A DNA stretch of 64,000 nucleotides from Eledone cirrhosa (taxonomy: Eukaryota). Where the stretch lies: positions 75,454,001 through 75,518,000 of the forward strand of contig OZ024745.1 of NCBI GenBank assembly GCA_964016885.1, read 5' to 3'. Shown here piece after piece: positions 15,494-31,869 of this stretch. Position 1 is the stretch's first letter. Every line of letters starts with the position of its first letter. The notes beneath the pieces were generated by a model. It was not told where the DNA came from. It saw only the letters and a list, made by a program, of their open reading frames with translations, and searched no databases. The position numbers and the translations under genes were made by a program.

Positions 15494-15590
15494 TATTTCT
15501 ACTATCAAGCATTAAACTAATATATTTCTTCCATGTACTGTGCCGTATTGTTATTTTTGTTATTTCCACCTATCTTTTACACACACACAC

Positions 15591-15759
<169 letters not shown>

Positions 15760-15823
15760 ATATATGTATATATGTATATATATATATATTTATATATATG
15801 TATATATGTATATGTACATATGC

Positions 15824-15908
<85 letters not shown>

Positions 15909-16237
15909 TTTATATTTATATATATGTATATATGTATATATATATAAATATATACATTTATATACGATATTAATAAATGGAAACTATATTTATAAAACCA
16001 TATTTATTTCATTATACTCAAGGACACCAAGTTAAATTATGGTGTGCTTTCATAAGATAAAATATAATATAGATCAGTTTTATAAATAAATATTGACATA
16101 CCCTTAAAGAATGCAACCATTACTTTTGGAAGCTCCCGGATAGTGTTTTTACTCCAAATATTTGTTGAGTGCTTTATATCAGTTATAAAAAATATTTGCT
16201 TGTTGTATCCCAACAATTTTAATAGAACTTTTACATA

Positions 16238-16307
<70 letters not shown>

Positions 16308-16375
16308 TATTTATTTATATATATGTATATATGTATACATATATATATTTATATATATGTATATATGTATATGTA

Positions 16376-16407
<32 letters not shown>

Positions 16408-16714
16408 CATATATATATGTGTGTGTATTTATATATATATATATGTGTGTGCGTGTGTGGATGTGTGTGAGTGTGTGAGTGTGTGTTTTCCAATATTCCT
16501 GATGTGAGATCGTGTGTTGATATTATTTGGGAGGGTTATGCTGTCAATATAAACACTCGCACAAGTTGAATTTCCACATGGTTAAATTTCTAACGGTATT
16601 TCTAACCGATGTTTTCTATTTGCTATATGCAAATGAGCAACTTCAACAAATGCCCATCAAGCAAAGGTTTACATGGATTCTAGTCTCTTTCGATGCCAGT
16701 ACGTGTTGAGTGAG

Positions 16715-16760
16715 TGTCACTGATGAAAGATTAAACAAATCATGAAACAGCGCTGTCAAC
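16715..16760 (+). ncRNA. Hammerhead, related to the 58223-58269 copy
   Basis: CTGATGA-AAGATT..AATCAT-GAAAC-AGCGCT-GTC; downstream sequence resembles 58270-58385. Confidence 0.65.
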
Positions 16761-16930
16761 CATACTGGCAACTCTCTGTTATACTCACTGAGGTAAATAG
16801 TGAAAAATCCTTTTTTTTTTTCAGTACGAAAAAATATTTTCTTTGATAGTGAGGCTACCCATATGTTTATGTTTTTATATACACATCCCTATATATATTT
16901 CATCTATCTATCTATCTATCTATCTATCTA

Positions 16931-16979
<49 letters not shown>

Positions 16980-16981
16980 AT

Positions 16982-17048
<67 letters not shown>

Positions 17049-17419
17049 AACAAAACATTAAGGTCTTAGTTGATTATGTACAATTACTACCGTTAATTTT
17101 ATGTTAATCAGGCAAAACCAAAATCTCTCTCTCCCCCTCTCTCTATCTCTTTATATATATATATGTATGTATATGTAGAGGTTATATTTAATTTGTTGGG
17201 ATACAACAAGCAAAATATTTTTATAACTGATATAAAGCACTCAACAAATTATTGGAGTAAATATACAATATATCAACAAATGTAAACTATATTTATAAAA
17301 CCATATTTATTTCATTATACATATTTCAAGGGCCACCAAGGCAAACTATGGTGCGCTTTTATCAGATAAAATATAATATAGGTTAGTTTTATAAATAAAT
17401 ATTGACATACCCTGAAAAA

Positions 17420-17537
<118 letters not shown>

Positions 17538-17577
17538 AAATTAACAAATAAGCCTTTAATACATTAAAAATCTTTAT

Positions 17578-17622
17578 TTGCCGACAATATTTCGTCCCAT
17601 TAATTAGGACTCATCAGAGCAA
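17578..17622 (-). ncRNA. Minimal type I hammerhead
   Basis: Minus strand TTGCT-CTGATGA-GTCC taattaatg GGAC-GAAA-TATT-GTC-GGCAA. Confidence 0.8.
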
Positions 17623-17747
17623 GGAAAAAGACAAGAAATATCATCGGCTAGAACAAGCCAAAATTCGGAAGAAAAGCGAATGAATATTTATGAAAATTTA
17701 TGAAAATTGTCATGCACTCAAGTATTTTTATCTTATATATGTATATA

Positions 17748-17825
<78 letters not shown>

Positions 17826-17964
17826 CAGATAAATCCACCAATCAATGGTAGGGTCTAAACCCAATGAAGAACTCAATGTAATCCGTATGTAGAAGATGTC
17901 GTGAAGCAAAGTTTAAAATACAACATTTTCAACGATATAATTCATTGGATACAGTCAAAAATAG

Positions 17965-18436
<472 letters not shown>

Positions 18437-18859
18437 TATAATATATATACATATATATATATATAGGAAAAGAATCCCGACGTCTAAACTCCGGCCGTTT
18501 CGGAGCTCAGCCGTCGGGGTCCTGACTTCTTTCCTATTACCCACTCTACTACCCAGTATCGAGTACTTTGCTGCGTTGTGGTCCACCTGGCTACTTACCA
18601 CACTTCCTATATATATATTGTAAAACGTTTTGATCACTAGTTAATTTTTATTTACTTTTATTAATCGGTTAACTAATACATTCTCTGGTTATTCAACTGT
18701 TAAAGTTCTTTCATACCACATACTGTAACGTTGTCATTGTCTATTTTGGCCTCATGTGTCTCCTCATCGTTTTGATTATGTTTTATTTACTCCTTCTTGT
18801 CATAAAACGAAATCAAAACGAAGGGGACCCATAGTGAGCCAAAACAGATACCGTGTTGA

Positions 18860-19090
18860 AAATATTTTCACACGGTCGCTCTCCAACAGGCTTGTGGTCG
18901 AGCCCGTAGCAGTGGAGACTTCTGGTGTCATTTGCCTTAAGATCAACACCTTACACCCCCCCTCTACTTACTACCATCGGCACGGAGTTGGCTACCCGCA
19001 GGTGTGAGCCTCGCGATCGATCTGGAATGGCTCTTCCAGTGCGTCTACCTCACCATCCTCCGGGAAAACGCCTTCTCTAATCTATTCGCT
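18860..19090 (+). mobile_element. CRE-type LINE C-terminal remnant
   Basis: RSLSNRLVVEPVAVETSGV..WLFQ..ILRENAFS. Confidence 0.65.
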
Positions 19091-19428
19091 AGGGCCGCGG
19101 GGCGACCAGCACTTGGGCTCCCATTTGCTAATAATAGTGAGAGATGGGGAGAGCGAGAGAGACGGAGGCAGTGACAATGGGAATTTCATTCTATCATGTT
19201 CAGTCCTTGTTAGAAACTTTTTATAACCATTAAATAACGACCCAGGTAATAAACTAACTAAGGCATAGATTAGTTGCCTAACTAAGAATAAAACTGTGAC
19301 AAGTGACAAGCGACTAGTGCTTGTGTCTTTATTGGCAGCATAACCCTTCCAAAGTATAACAATATCTATTTCAACCTAGGTCTTCACAACAAGTATTTTG
19401 CAGAACAAATACAAAAAAATCGAAGTAT

Positions 19429-19481
<53 letters not shown>

Positions 19482-20484
19482 CACACACACACACACGCAC
19501 ACACATGAACACACACACACAGACACTGACACACACACACAGACACACAGACACACACACCTATCACACACAGATATTTATGCATGTGTATGTATAAACA
19601 AATATTTTTCCATATTAACATTATAAAAAACATATATTACTAAATCCTTTTATTTTCTCTTTGAAAATGCATCAATTTTGGTGTTTGATATCTTTTTACA
19701 GCAATCTATGACTTATTGAACTTTCACAGACACAAACACACTCAAATATACACATATAGGCACACACAGGCACACACAGGCATACACGTACACTGACACA
19801 CACATACACACGTACACACACACACAGACAAAGACTCAGACGCGCACACACATACACACACACATACACACACACACACACACACATTCACACTGACACG
19901 GACACACAAACACATACACACACACATTCCGGACACACGCTGACAAAGATACGCACACACACACATACACAAACACACAGGCAGAGATACGCACACGCAC
20001 ACTTACATATACACACATGCACAGACACACGCACACACGCACACAAACATACACACATCCATATACATATGCACACATAATTACACACAGAGACACAAAC
20101 GGATGTCCACATGCACACAGAATTACATATAGAAACCTACACGCACACACATATATATATATACACACATAAACACATAGACACATGCACACAGAGACCC
20201 ACAACCATACACAAATACACACATATAGACAGATAAACATAGATACACATAGATAGATGGATAAACACATAAACACACATACAAAGTGACAGTCAGCCGC
20301 ACAGATACATGCATTCACACACGCTTACGCACTTACGTACACAATCATATACACATACATAGAACATAAACAGACTGACATACATACAATCATACATACA
20401 TACATACATACATACATACATACATACATACATACATACATACATACATACATACATACATACGTACATAAAAACATACATACA

Positions 20485-20518
<34 letters not shown>

Positions 20519-20632
20519 GATACATACATACGTACGTACATACATACAGATGTACATACATACATACATACATACATACACACATACACACATACATACA
20601 TACATACATACATACATACATACATACATACA

Positions 20633-20666
<34 letters not shown>

Positions 20667-20667
20667 G

Positions 20668-21145
20668 GTACACAACAAACGAGGAAGAATATATTGAGAC
20701 AGATGGCACTAAGGAATACTGGTGGAACCATAAAATACAAACTGCCACCAAATTAAAGCACAACCGGCCTGATATTGTTGTTTGGGACCACACATTGAAA
20801 ACGTGTTCTGTTGTGGAGATCAGCTGCCCACTTGATATAAACGTTGTCAGAAAAATACAGGAGAAGGAGGACATCTACGATGAGGAGTTTACAGATCCAG
20901 TATCCAAGATACACCTTTAGCTTCATACCCATCATTATTGGAGCTACGGGTTATATAACAACCCGCTTGGACCAAAGTATGACTGAACTTGGATTTGCGG
21001 ACAAAGAGCGCAGCTCCCTAATTCATAGTCTACAAATGGCTGCGATAGCTGGCACCTTCAAAATTTGCAAAACATTCTTGCGATTCAAGGGATGACAATT
21101 TCTTTTCTTTTACAACCATTTCCACCAGGAAGGTGGCCGGTCAAA
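20668..21145 (+). mobile_element. R4/Dong-type LINE 3' fragment (restriction-like endonuclease)
   Basis: EYWWNHKIQTATKLKHNRPDIVVWD..CSVVEISCPLD..EKEDIY; FIPIIIGATG; KICKTFL. Confidence 0.8.
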
Positions 21146-22404
21146 AAAATATACTCGAAATTAAGAGAAAGAGATAAGATACATACCTACATATATAGAT
21201 ACATACATACGTACGTACATACATATACATACATACGTACATGGTGGCTGCCAACTCGTTTTCGAGTACGGCCACTACTTTATATCCATGTAGGAGAACC
21301 CCTACCGATGCGCTGAACGAGTGTGACTTTTTAGTCCAGCCAGCGACTTGAAAACTCTGGTACAAACACTACACCTGTGACAATTATTGACACATAGTGC
21401 TGGGCCCATGGTACCATGTGGCGACAGGTGCAGAGAGATCTCCAGATATAAAGCAATACCTGTACCGTGAAGCTTTTATAGTGAGCAAAGGAACTGCACA
21501 AAGCCAGTCCCACTCTCTTAACCAAGATGATATTTACCAAAAAGAAGAACAAGTCAACATCATTGGATACCATCAGGGTTGCAGGTGCTATATCAGAGTT
21601 TTCCTTCTCCTAGAATTCTGCCTTGACAAAGGCTAAGGGGTCATCTCTCCCGGATGTGTGTATGTATGTGTGCATGTGTGTATGTGGGTATGTGTGTATG
21701 TATGTATATATGTGTGTGTCTGTGTGTATGTATGTACATACATGGTGGCTGCCAACTGGTTTTCGAGTACGGCCACTACTTTATATCCATGTAGGAGAAC
21801 CCCTACCGATGCGCTGAACGAGTGTGACTTTTTAGTCCAGCCAGCGACTTGAAAACTCTGGTACAAACACTACACCTGTGACAATTATTGACACATAGTG
21901 CTGGGCCCATGGTACCATGTGGCGACAGGTGCAGAGAGATCTCCAGATATAAAGCAATGCCTGTACCGTGAAGCTTTTATAGTGAGCAAAGGCACTGCAC
22001 AAAGCCAGTCCCACTCTCTTAACCAAGATGATATTTACCAAAAAGAAGAACAAGTCAACATCATTGGATACCATCAGAGTTGCAGGTGTTATATCAGAGT
22101 TTTCCTTCTCCTAGAATTCTGCCTTGACAAAGGCTAAGGGGTCATCTCTCCCGGTGATTTTGGATGGCCATTGACTCTTAAGAGCTCCTTTGCGCTTTGA
22201 CAGGTTTTGTTTTTAGTCCTGCAGGATGTCCAAAGTCACCCTCCTCACCAAGAAACCTTGGTGGGGTTGCCAGTTTAGTCGCCAACGACCCGACCATGAG
22301 ACTGTTTGTACTGGGATACATGTTACCAGTAGCACCAACTGGTGACCAGTCCGGCTAGCTGTTCGTGTATGTATGTATGTATGTATGTATATATGTATGT
22401 TATG

Positions 22405-23013
22405 TCAGGTCACCAGTTGGTGCTACTGGTAACATGTATCCCAGTATAACCTGTCCCATGGTCGGGTCGTTGGCGACTAAACTGGCAACCCCACCAAGGT
22501 TTCTTGGTGAGGAGGGTGACTTTGGACATCCTGCAGGACTAAAAACAAAACCTGTCAAAGGGCAAAGGAGCTCTTAAGAGTCAATGGCCATCCAAAATCA
22601 CCGGGAGAGATGACCCCTTAGCCTTTGTCAAGGCAGAATTCTAGGAGAAGGAAAACTCTGATGTAACACCTGCAACCCTGATGGTATCCAATGATGTTGA
22701 CTTGTTCTTCTTTTTGGTAAATATCATCTTGGTTAAGAGAGTGGGACTGACTTTGTGCAGTGCCTTTGCTCACTATAAAAGCTTCACGGCACAGGCATTG
22801 CTATATATCTGGAGATCTCTCTGCACTTGTCGTCACATGGTACCATTGACCCAGTACTATGTGTCAATAACTGTCACAGGTGTAGTGTTTGTACCAGAGT
22901 TTTCAAGTCGCTGGCTGGACTAAAAAGTCACACTCGTTCAGCGCATCGGTAGGGGTTCCCCTACATGGATATAAAGTAGTGGCCGTACTCGAAAACGAGT
23001 TGGCAGCCACCAT
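22405..23013 (+). mobile_element. ~610-bp non-autonomous retroposon, RTE-5'UTR-like; other copies 1184-1639(+), 21241-21653(-), 21742-22365(-), 59801-60400(-), degenerate 26912-27213(+), 30746-30972(-)
   Basis: Fixed 3' end (ACTCG AAAA CGAGT hairpin, GCAGCCACCA, (ATGT)n-type tail) with variable 5' truncation; CTAGGAGAAGGAAAACTCTGA resembles RTE 5'UTRs from recall; no conserved coding motif. Confidence 0.8.
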
Positions 23014-24441
23014 ATATGTATGTATGTATATATGTATATATGTATGTACATACATATATACATACATACATACATACATACATACAATCATATCCTCCGA
23101 CACACGAACGGCCAGCCGGACTAATACACACACAAAAAGCTATAGACACACAACCAGGTACACACATATACACACACCGACACACACACACCGACACACA
23201 TACCGACACACACACCGACACCCACACCCACACATACACATCGACACACACATATTGACACACACACTGACACACACGCACACCGACACATCCATACACA
23301 TCAACACATTGATACACCAACACACTGACACACACACACCGACACACACATAAACCGACACACACACACACACCGACACATCCATACACATCAACACATT
23401 GATACACCCACACACTGACACACACACACCGACACACACATAAACCGACACACACACAGACACACATAAACCGACACACACACAAATACACTGACACACA
23501 CACCCATAAACCGACACACACCCCCCCCCCCCCACACACACACACACACCGACACACCGTTCTAACTCCAATCAGTTAGGGAGGACCAGTATATATACCT
23601 CCCACTTAGGAGAGCAACACACTACAACTGTCTGAGTCATATCATACACACAGACACAAAGAAACACACACATACATACATACATACATACATGCACATA
23701 CATACATACACACATACACACTTACATACATACACACAGACACACACATACATACATACATATATACACACATACACATACATACATATATACATACATA
23801 CACATACATACATATATGTATGTATGTATGTATATGTGTGTGTATGTATGTATGTATGTATGTATGTATGTATGTATGTATGTATGTATGTATGTATGTA
23901 TGTGTGTGTGTATGTGTGTATGTATGTAAGTGTGTATGTGTGTATGTATGTATGTGGGTATGTGTGTATGTATGTATGTATGTATGTATGTGTGTATGTG
24001 TGTATGTAGGTATGTATGTATGTGTGTATGTATGTGTGCATGTGTGTATGTATGTGGGTATGTGTGTATGTATGTATGTGTGTATGTGTGTATGTATGTA
24101 TGTATGTATGTATGTGTATGTATGTATGTATGTATGTTTGTATGTGTGTATAAATACACATACATACACACATACATACACACAGACACACACACACATA
24201 CATACATACACACATACATACAAACAGACACACACATACATACACACACACATACAAACATACATACATTCATACATACACACATACATACATACATACA
24301 TACATACCCACATACAAGTATACACACATGCACACATACATACATACACACATACACACATACATACATACATACATACATACATACAAGCATACATACA
24401 TACATACATACACACACATATACATACATACATACAAATAC

Positions 24442-24497
<56 letters not shown>

Positions 24498-24499
<2 letters not shown>

Positions 24500-24920
24500 G
24501 TAGGAGGTGAGTTTTATTGTAGTACAATAAAGCAATGCAGATATCGGATAAGAAGCACTCTACAGTTTGTGGGACTGGAGTATGCATAATATAAGATCAA
24601 AAGATGGTTAAAGGAGTTCAATATATTTTATTATGCGCATTTCAAAAACAAACATCATCAAACAATAATATTTGTGTTTTCATCAGATAAAACAGGAGAA
24701 CATGATATGAAGGCTAAAAAAACACTTGTTGATAGTGCAGTTTTAAATCAATATGTTGATTTAAAACTGCACTATCAACAAGTGTTTTTTTAGCCTTCAT
24801 ATCATGTTCTCCTGTTTTATCTGATGAAAACACAAATATTATTGTTTGATGATGTTTGTTTTTGAAATGCGCATAATAAAATATATTGAACTCCTTTAAC
24901 CATCTTTTGATCTTATATTA
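24498..24920. mobile_element. Fold-back hammerhead mini-insertion (same family as 5428-5840)
   Basis: Near-perfect palindrome ~24588-24920 with apex ~24753; both arms carry CTGATGA..GAAATGCGCATA. Confidence 0.87.
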
Positions 24921-25001
24921 TATATATATATATATATACACACATATATATATATTTATATATATATATATATACATACACATACAAACAGACACATACA
25001 T

Positions 25002-25067
<66 letters not shown>

Positions 25068-25071
<4 letters not shown>

Positions 25072-25318
25072 ATGTAATAAACAACATAAGGCAATTATTC
25101 CATTTACCAGTGGTTTCTTAAAAGCAAAAGGTTTTGCTTTCAATCCTCAGATTTCATTCTGAGGATTGAAAGCAAAACCTTTTGCTTTTAAGAAACCACT
25201 GGTAAATGGAATAATTGCCTTATGTTGTTTATTACATAATAATAATAATTAAGCTCTGTTGCTTACATAGAGCACTCTTTTTTCCTGGACTTTTCCGATG
25301 GAATTACTTCATTCATAC
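25068..25318. mobile_element. Fold-back hammerhead mini-insertion (same family as 3368-3588); hammerhead 25153-25210
   Basis: TTCATT-CTGAGGA-TTGAAAGCAAAA cc TTTTGCTTTTAA-GAAA-CCACTGG-TA-AATGGA; apex at ~25151. Confidence 0.86.
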
Positions 25319-25416
<98 letters not shown>

Positions 25417-25417
<1 letters not shown>

Positions 25418-25806
25418 AAAGAATAGAGGTGTAACACACAAGTTATTATATATTGTTAAACGGAATAGAAAATGCTGACACATTGTTCACAGTTGAAAAT
25501 GGTTTAATTAGGGATAAAAGAGTATTAGTGATTGTATGGGTTAGTATTCAGTTGTGGTTTTAAGTTTTTAAGTTTTTACCGGTTGCGCATTTCTAAATGC
25601 TTTTCAAAAATAATTTTGAGATACTCTATCGGACACTCTATCTCAAAATTATTTTTGAAAAGCATTTAGAAATGCGCAACCGGTAAAAACTTAAAAACTT
25701 AAAACCACAACTGAATACTAACCCATACAATCACTAATACTCTTTTATCCCTAATTAAACCATTTTTCAACTGTGAACAATTTGTCAGCATTTTCTATTC
25801 CGTTTA

Positions 25807-25812
<6 letters not shown>
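25417..25812. mobile_element. Fold-back insertion (~170-bp arms) with a variant hammerhead-like fold
   Basis: Arms 25452-25623 and 25639-25812; TTGAAAA-GCATTT AG AAATGC-GCAA-CCGG-TA at 25655-25685. Confidence 0.7.
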
Positions 25813-25882
<70 letters not shown>

Positions 25883-26080
25883 TTATTAACAACCCCGCTT
25901 TCCACTGATTGACTTCGATGTCACGTGATTGATTCTTTTTGAATTTGCCACAGACGTAGAGGCAGTGATTTTCTCAATGGCTGGGATTTCAGTCCACGCT
26001 TCGCTATTTCCTTTCCACTGAATTATTTTTTAATAAGTTTCCAGAGTCCTCGCTATGCCTGGAAACTTACATGAAAATAG

Positions 26081-26162
26081 ACTTTCCTGACGACGGAATG
26101 CTTTTCAATATATTCTTCTGAAAATATATTTACTCCATTCCAGAAACTAATTAGTTGGAAGT
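26081..26162 (+). ncRNA. Type I hammerhead
   Basis: ACTTTC-CTGACGA-CGGAATG..CATTCCA-GAAAC-TAATTA-GTT-GGAAGT. Confidence 0.85.
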
Positions 26163-26347
26163 GATATTTTAGTAAGTAAGTCAATTTTATAATTTTTTTA
26201 TAATTTTATAATTTTCTTATCTTACGTCTCTCATATTATTGTTCTGCAACCCCATGCATTGAACCACAATGTTACTAAGACAAAACCTATATATTTGCTA
26301 GCATTGATATGCATCTGTATGTATATAAATGTTACTAGATATTAATT

Positions 26348-26410
<63 letters not shown>

Positions 26411-26838
26411 CACACACACATACATATATATATATATGTATGTATTTATTCACAACAAGTGAATGTATAAAGACATAGATGCTTGCATACATATACACAT
26501 ATACGAATACATGCATACATGCATAAACACATACATGCATATATACATTCGTACATACATACATGCTTTCATACACACATACTTAAATACATATATACGT
26601 GCATACACAAACACATACATACACACACACACACATACATACATACATACATACATACACACATACATACATACATACATACATACATACATACATACAC
26701 ATCTTATAATATTAACTTGGAAGAATTTTCTCAACACTTGTTCCAACACTAAATATTGCCAGGTTTATTCTTCCTTTCCTGATTCTTCTTCTTCTTCTTC
26801 TTCTTCTTCTTCTTCTTCTTCTTTTTCTTCTTCTCTGC

Positions 26839-26869
<31 letters not shown>

Positions 26870-27340
26870 ACCACCACCACCACCACCACCACCACCTCTT
26901 GTGGAGCGAGAGACTCCTAGTCTTCATTAAGACATCTATCTAGGAGAAGGTCACTCTGATATAAAACCTGAGACTTCGTTTGCATCCAATGATAGAGAAC
27001 AGTTCGATGTTCAGAGAGTGGGATTGGCCCCGTACAAAGCATTTCCTCACTTAAAAAAGCTTCAAGCACAGGCATCGCTTGATATGTGACATTTTATGCG
27101 ATGCATGGCATTGTCATAAGGGATGTCCCTAGCAGGACCAAAAAGCCACGTCTGAAATGCACATGCTTAAGTATGAAGCGATGGCATTACTCGAAATCGA
27201 GTTGCAGCCATCATGTATGTATGTACGTATGTCGATCGACTTTCGTCAAATCGGACTGAGGAAACAATGTTTCTGTTGGTCTTTCCAATTGCTAATACTT
27301 TCTATCGGTCACAACTCCATATACATATATATATATATAT

Positions 27341-28055
27341 ACTAGCCGAATTACCCGCGCCTTACAGCGTTTCACACATTTTTTTTTTGTAAGAAAATGA
27401 TGATTGATTTTAAATCAGTGATATAATTTATGGAGAAAAACTATGCATTTCAATATTACTCAATGTAAAATGTAATGCATGAAAAATTGGAAAACATTTG
27501 TTTTGTAATATATAAGGCGGTGGATTGGCAGTATCGGTAGAGGGTCGGACGCCATGCTGTCCAGCATAGTTACGTCCCTTAACGATCTGAGTTCAAATCC
27601 CGCCGAGTTGCCTTTCATCCTTACGGGGTCGATAAAATAAAGTACCAGTAATGCACTGGGTAACTGTTGGCCTTGTGCCAAAAGTAGAAACAATTATTTT
27701 TTGTAATATATCAAATCAAAATTACATTATTAAATCTTATTCTTATTTTGTTTCTTGTAAATATTTTTTTCAAAATATCAATTCAAAACTTTTGTGAATA
27801 GGCATCATATCTTATCATTTACCTATGGTCTAAATTTCATATAAATCGAAGGGAAAAAGTTTCAGTGAGGGTTTTGTGCCCCGGAGAACCCTTTGATTAA
27901 AATGAAATATACTTATCCAAGTACCCTGGGCAATGTAGTTTCAGAATGTATATGGTTATGGGGGTCTATCTCCAAAACCATAGGAGGAGTTCGTGAACAA
28001 ACAAACAAAGAAAAACAAACAAGCAGAGATGAATACAACTTTATATATATAGATA
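27341..28055 (+). mobile_element. Non-autonomous Helitron/Helentron-like element interrupted by a SINE
   Basis: End motifs ACTAGCCGAATTACCCGCGC and CTTTATATATATAGAT with a subterminal (ACAA)n run; family assignment from recall only. Confidence 0.5.
27515..27700 (+). mobile_element. tRNA-derived SINE (dominant family)
   Basis: Box A TGGCAGTATCGG, box B GAGTTCAAATCC, body TTGCCTTTCATCCTTACGGGGTCGATAAAATAAAGTACCAG; TSD TTTTGTAATATAT. Confidence 0.88.
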
Positions 28056-28073
28056 TATATAATCAAGAAAACC

Positions 28074-28238
<165 letters not shown>

Positions 28239-28380
28239 TCGGTTTTCTTGATTATAATATATCTATATATATAAAGTTGTATTCATCTCTGCTTGTTTGT
28301 TTTTTCTTTGTTTGTTTGTTCACGAACTACTATATATATATATTATATATATATATATAGAAAGAGAGAGATAGAGAGAG

Positions 28381-28612
28381 GAGACTGAGGTTAGCTGGAC
28401 ATGCTCACCGGCATGCAGAGTTGACATTACACTCAGTGGTCCTGTGAGAGCCCCTACATGGACACACTGGAAGAGGAAGATCACGGTTAACGTATGTTGA
28501 TGCCCTAAAGACAGACACTGGTCTGTTGGAGACGCAGGACATGGCAGAGATAATGAGGGACAGAGACCGCTGGAGAGAACTCGTCCATGGATCTCGGGAA
28601 TTTTACCCGCCC
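28381..28612 (+). mobile_element. RTE-like LINE C-terminal fragment (different family)
   Basis: Hand translation RLRLAGHAHRH..VL*E..LHGHTGRGRSR. Confidence 0.6.
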
Positions 28613-28615
28613 TAG

Positions 28616-29484
<869 letters not shown>

Positions 29485-29671
29485 ATTTGTTTGACCCGAA
29501 TTACTTGGTCGTTTTTATGGTTGTGCGGATGATTGTTTAACCATCGTGTGTTTGGCCTTTAACGTATGTTGTAGCTCTGGTTCATCTGAATCATTGAGCG
29601 CTTGCCACACATCTCGGAAGTTGTTTTTCGTTAATTCCTAAGCCGAAATACGATTCTCGCTAATTTATATT

Positions 29672-29744
<73 letters not shown>

Positions 29745-30335
29745 ACTCAATGGGGTCATTTACAATTATTTTAGCTCTAAGAATCACTTCTGAGCAGTAT
29801 AAGTGACTATAACGTCAAAATGGAAAATATTTAACGTAAGATATGGGAAATAATGCAAACCCAATTAAAAGAAAATCAAGACAGAAATTTTATCCACAGA
29901 TTTTGTGAAATCCAGGGGAAAAACCAACCAATAGAGCCTTAACTCAGAATAAAATAAAGTTTAAATACTCATCCTTCAATTTGTAAAAACTACAAATGCT
30001 CTATATAGTCTTAAAAAGACTATTTCACGAAACTTTTCAGTGGGATTGGTTACGGTTGGAACCGTTCATCAGTAGAGCTCAAAAACACGATAACCAAATA
30101 TCCACTGCTAAAATGTGCCAGAAAGGGAATTTAAAAGCAGGTTAGTTCACCTCGTGCGGAATTATGAAAATAAACACACATGGAGAACATGGCTGGAGAC
30201 ATCAGAATGAGACGAATGTCTGTTTACAAGAAACAGCAGCCAAAACATTCCGAAAAAAACATTCCGAAAAAAACTCAACAAAAATGCATGGAGTTCAGCA
30301 TATAGCAATATTATGTATGCAGTTCAGCATATAGC

Positions 30336-30381
<46 letters not shown>

Positions 30382-31558
30382 TTTCTAGATTAGACATTAA
30401 ATATTTGTTCAATGAATTTGCTTGTCGCTGGATTTTTCAACCTACAAAATGTAGGCCTGTGTCAACAAGTCAATACCCCCCTTGTCTAACCTGCTTGTCA
30501 CTTCAAGACATCGGAGGTTCTAAGGTTAGGAGAATATTACGTAGTCTTCCGTCAGTTTATGATGATGTTTGGTAACTGTGGATGATGTATTTTCTATTGC
30601 ATTTGGTGCTGTCTAAGAACATGAAATAATATAACGTTCTCGAAATTGAAAATAGAGGCTGCTCACATGTTTCTACTATATTACTTAGTTATCTGATTTC
30701 ATGTTTTTCTTATATGCTTTATATATTGTGTCCAAGCATACATACATGATGGCTGCCCCATCGTTGTCGAGTATGACCATTGCATGACATTATTAATAAT
30801 TATGAATTAATGCTACTGTGAAATGCCTGTGCGTGAAGATTTTTTTTTAAAGTGAGGAAAGAAGAAAAGATCAACATCATCGATAACTACTGAGCCGCAG
30901 GTTTTATGTCGGATTTATCCCAGTTTCCTGAGTTGCCTTCTCCTAGAAGAATGCCCTGACAAAGACTAGAGGTCCTTTACTTCCAGTGGTTTAACCGCGC
31001 CGCGCGATTGGGTATCAAGCCCGATTATTTCTATGTCCCGGCGCATATCTATACATTTGCATACAAGTATATACATACATATATATATATATATATATAT
31101 GAAAACAGGGAGAAAATATATTTTTCTTCCTAATAATCGTCTCTTTCTCCCTGTTTTCATATATATATATATATATGTAAAAGTTCTATTTAAATTGTTG
31201 GGATACAACAAGCAAATATTTTTATAACTGATATAAATCACTCAACAAATAATTGGAGTAAAAATACGATATTAACAAATGGAAACTATATTTATAAAAC
31301 CATATTTATTTCATTATACATATTTCAAGGAAACCAAGTTAAATTATGGTGTGCTTTCATCAGATAAAATATAATATAGACCAGTTTTATAAATAAAACT
31401 GCTCTATAATGCACTGGGTAATTGCTGGCCTTGTGCCTAAAGTAGAAACAATTATATTTTATCTGATGAAAGCACACTATAATTTAACTTGGTGTCCTTG
31501 AAATATGTATAACGAAATAAATATGGTTTTATAAATATAGTTTCCATTTGTTAATATC

Positions 31559-31593
<35 letters not shown>

Positions 31594-31869
31594 CATACTT
31601 ACACATTTTTGGATGGCCGTTGACTTTTATGAGTTCTTCCACCCATTGTCAATACATACGGACATAAATGTATACATACATACATGCATATATACACTCA
31701 TACATATACTCACATACATACATATATACATTCATACATACACACATACATGCATATATAAACAATATATATACACTCACATACATACATATACATACAT
31801 ACACTCACATATATATACGTACATACATACAAACACATAAGGTGGAAGGAGATAATCCTTAAAATTAAG

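Noticed and set aside
21331-22923. Repeated ~80-aa ORFs (MLGPWYH..., MVSNDVD...)
   Set aside because: They recur only because the non-coding repeat is multicopy; no recognisable domain, and the frame is broken in the 1184-1639 copy.
27236-27320. CTGAGGA in a short repeat shared with 56505-56583
   Set aside because: No GAAA/helix III arrangement could be built.
27515-27610. tRNA genes at A/B-box-containing heads
   Set aside because: No cloverleaf found; the heads are fused to SINE bodies in many diverged copies.
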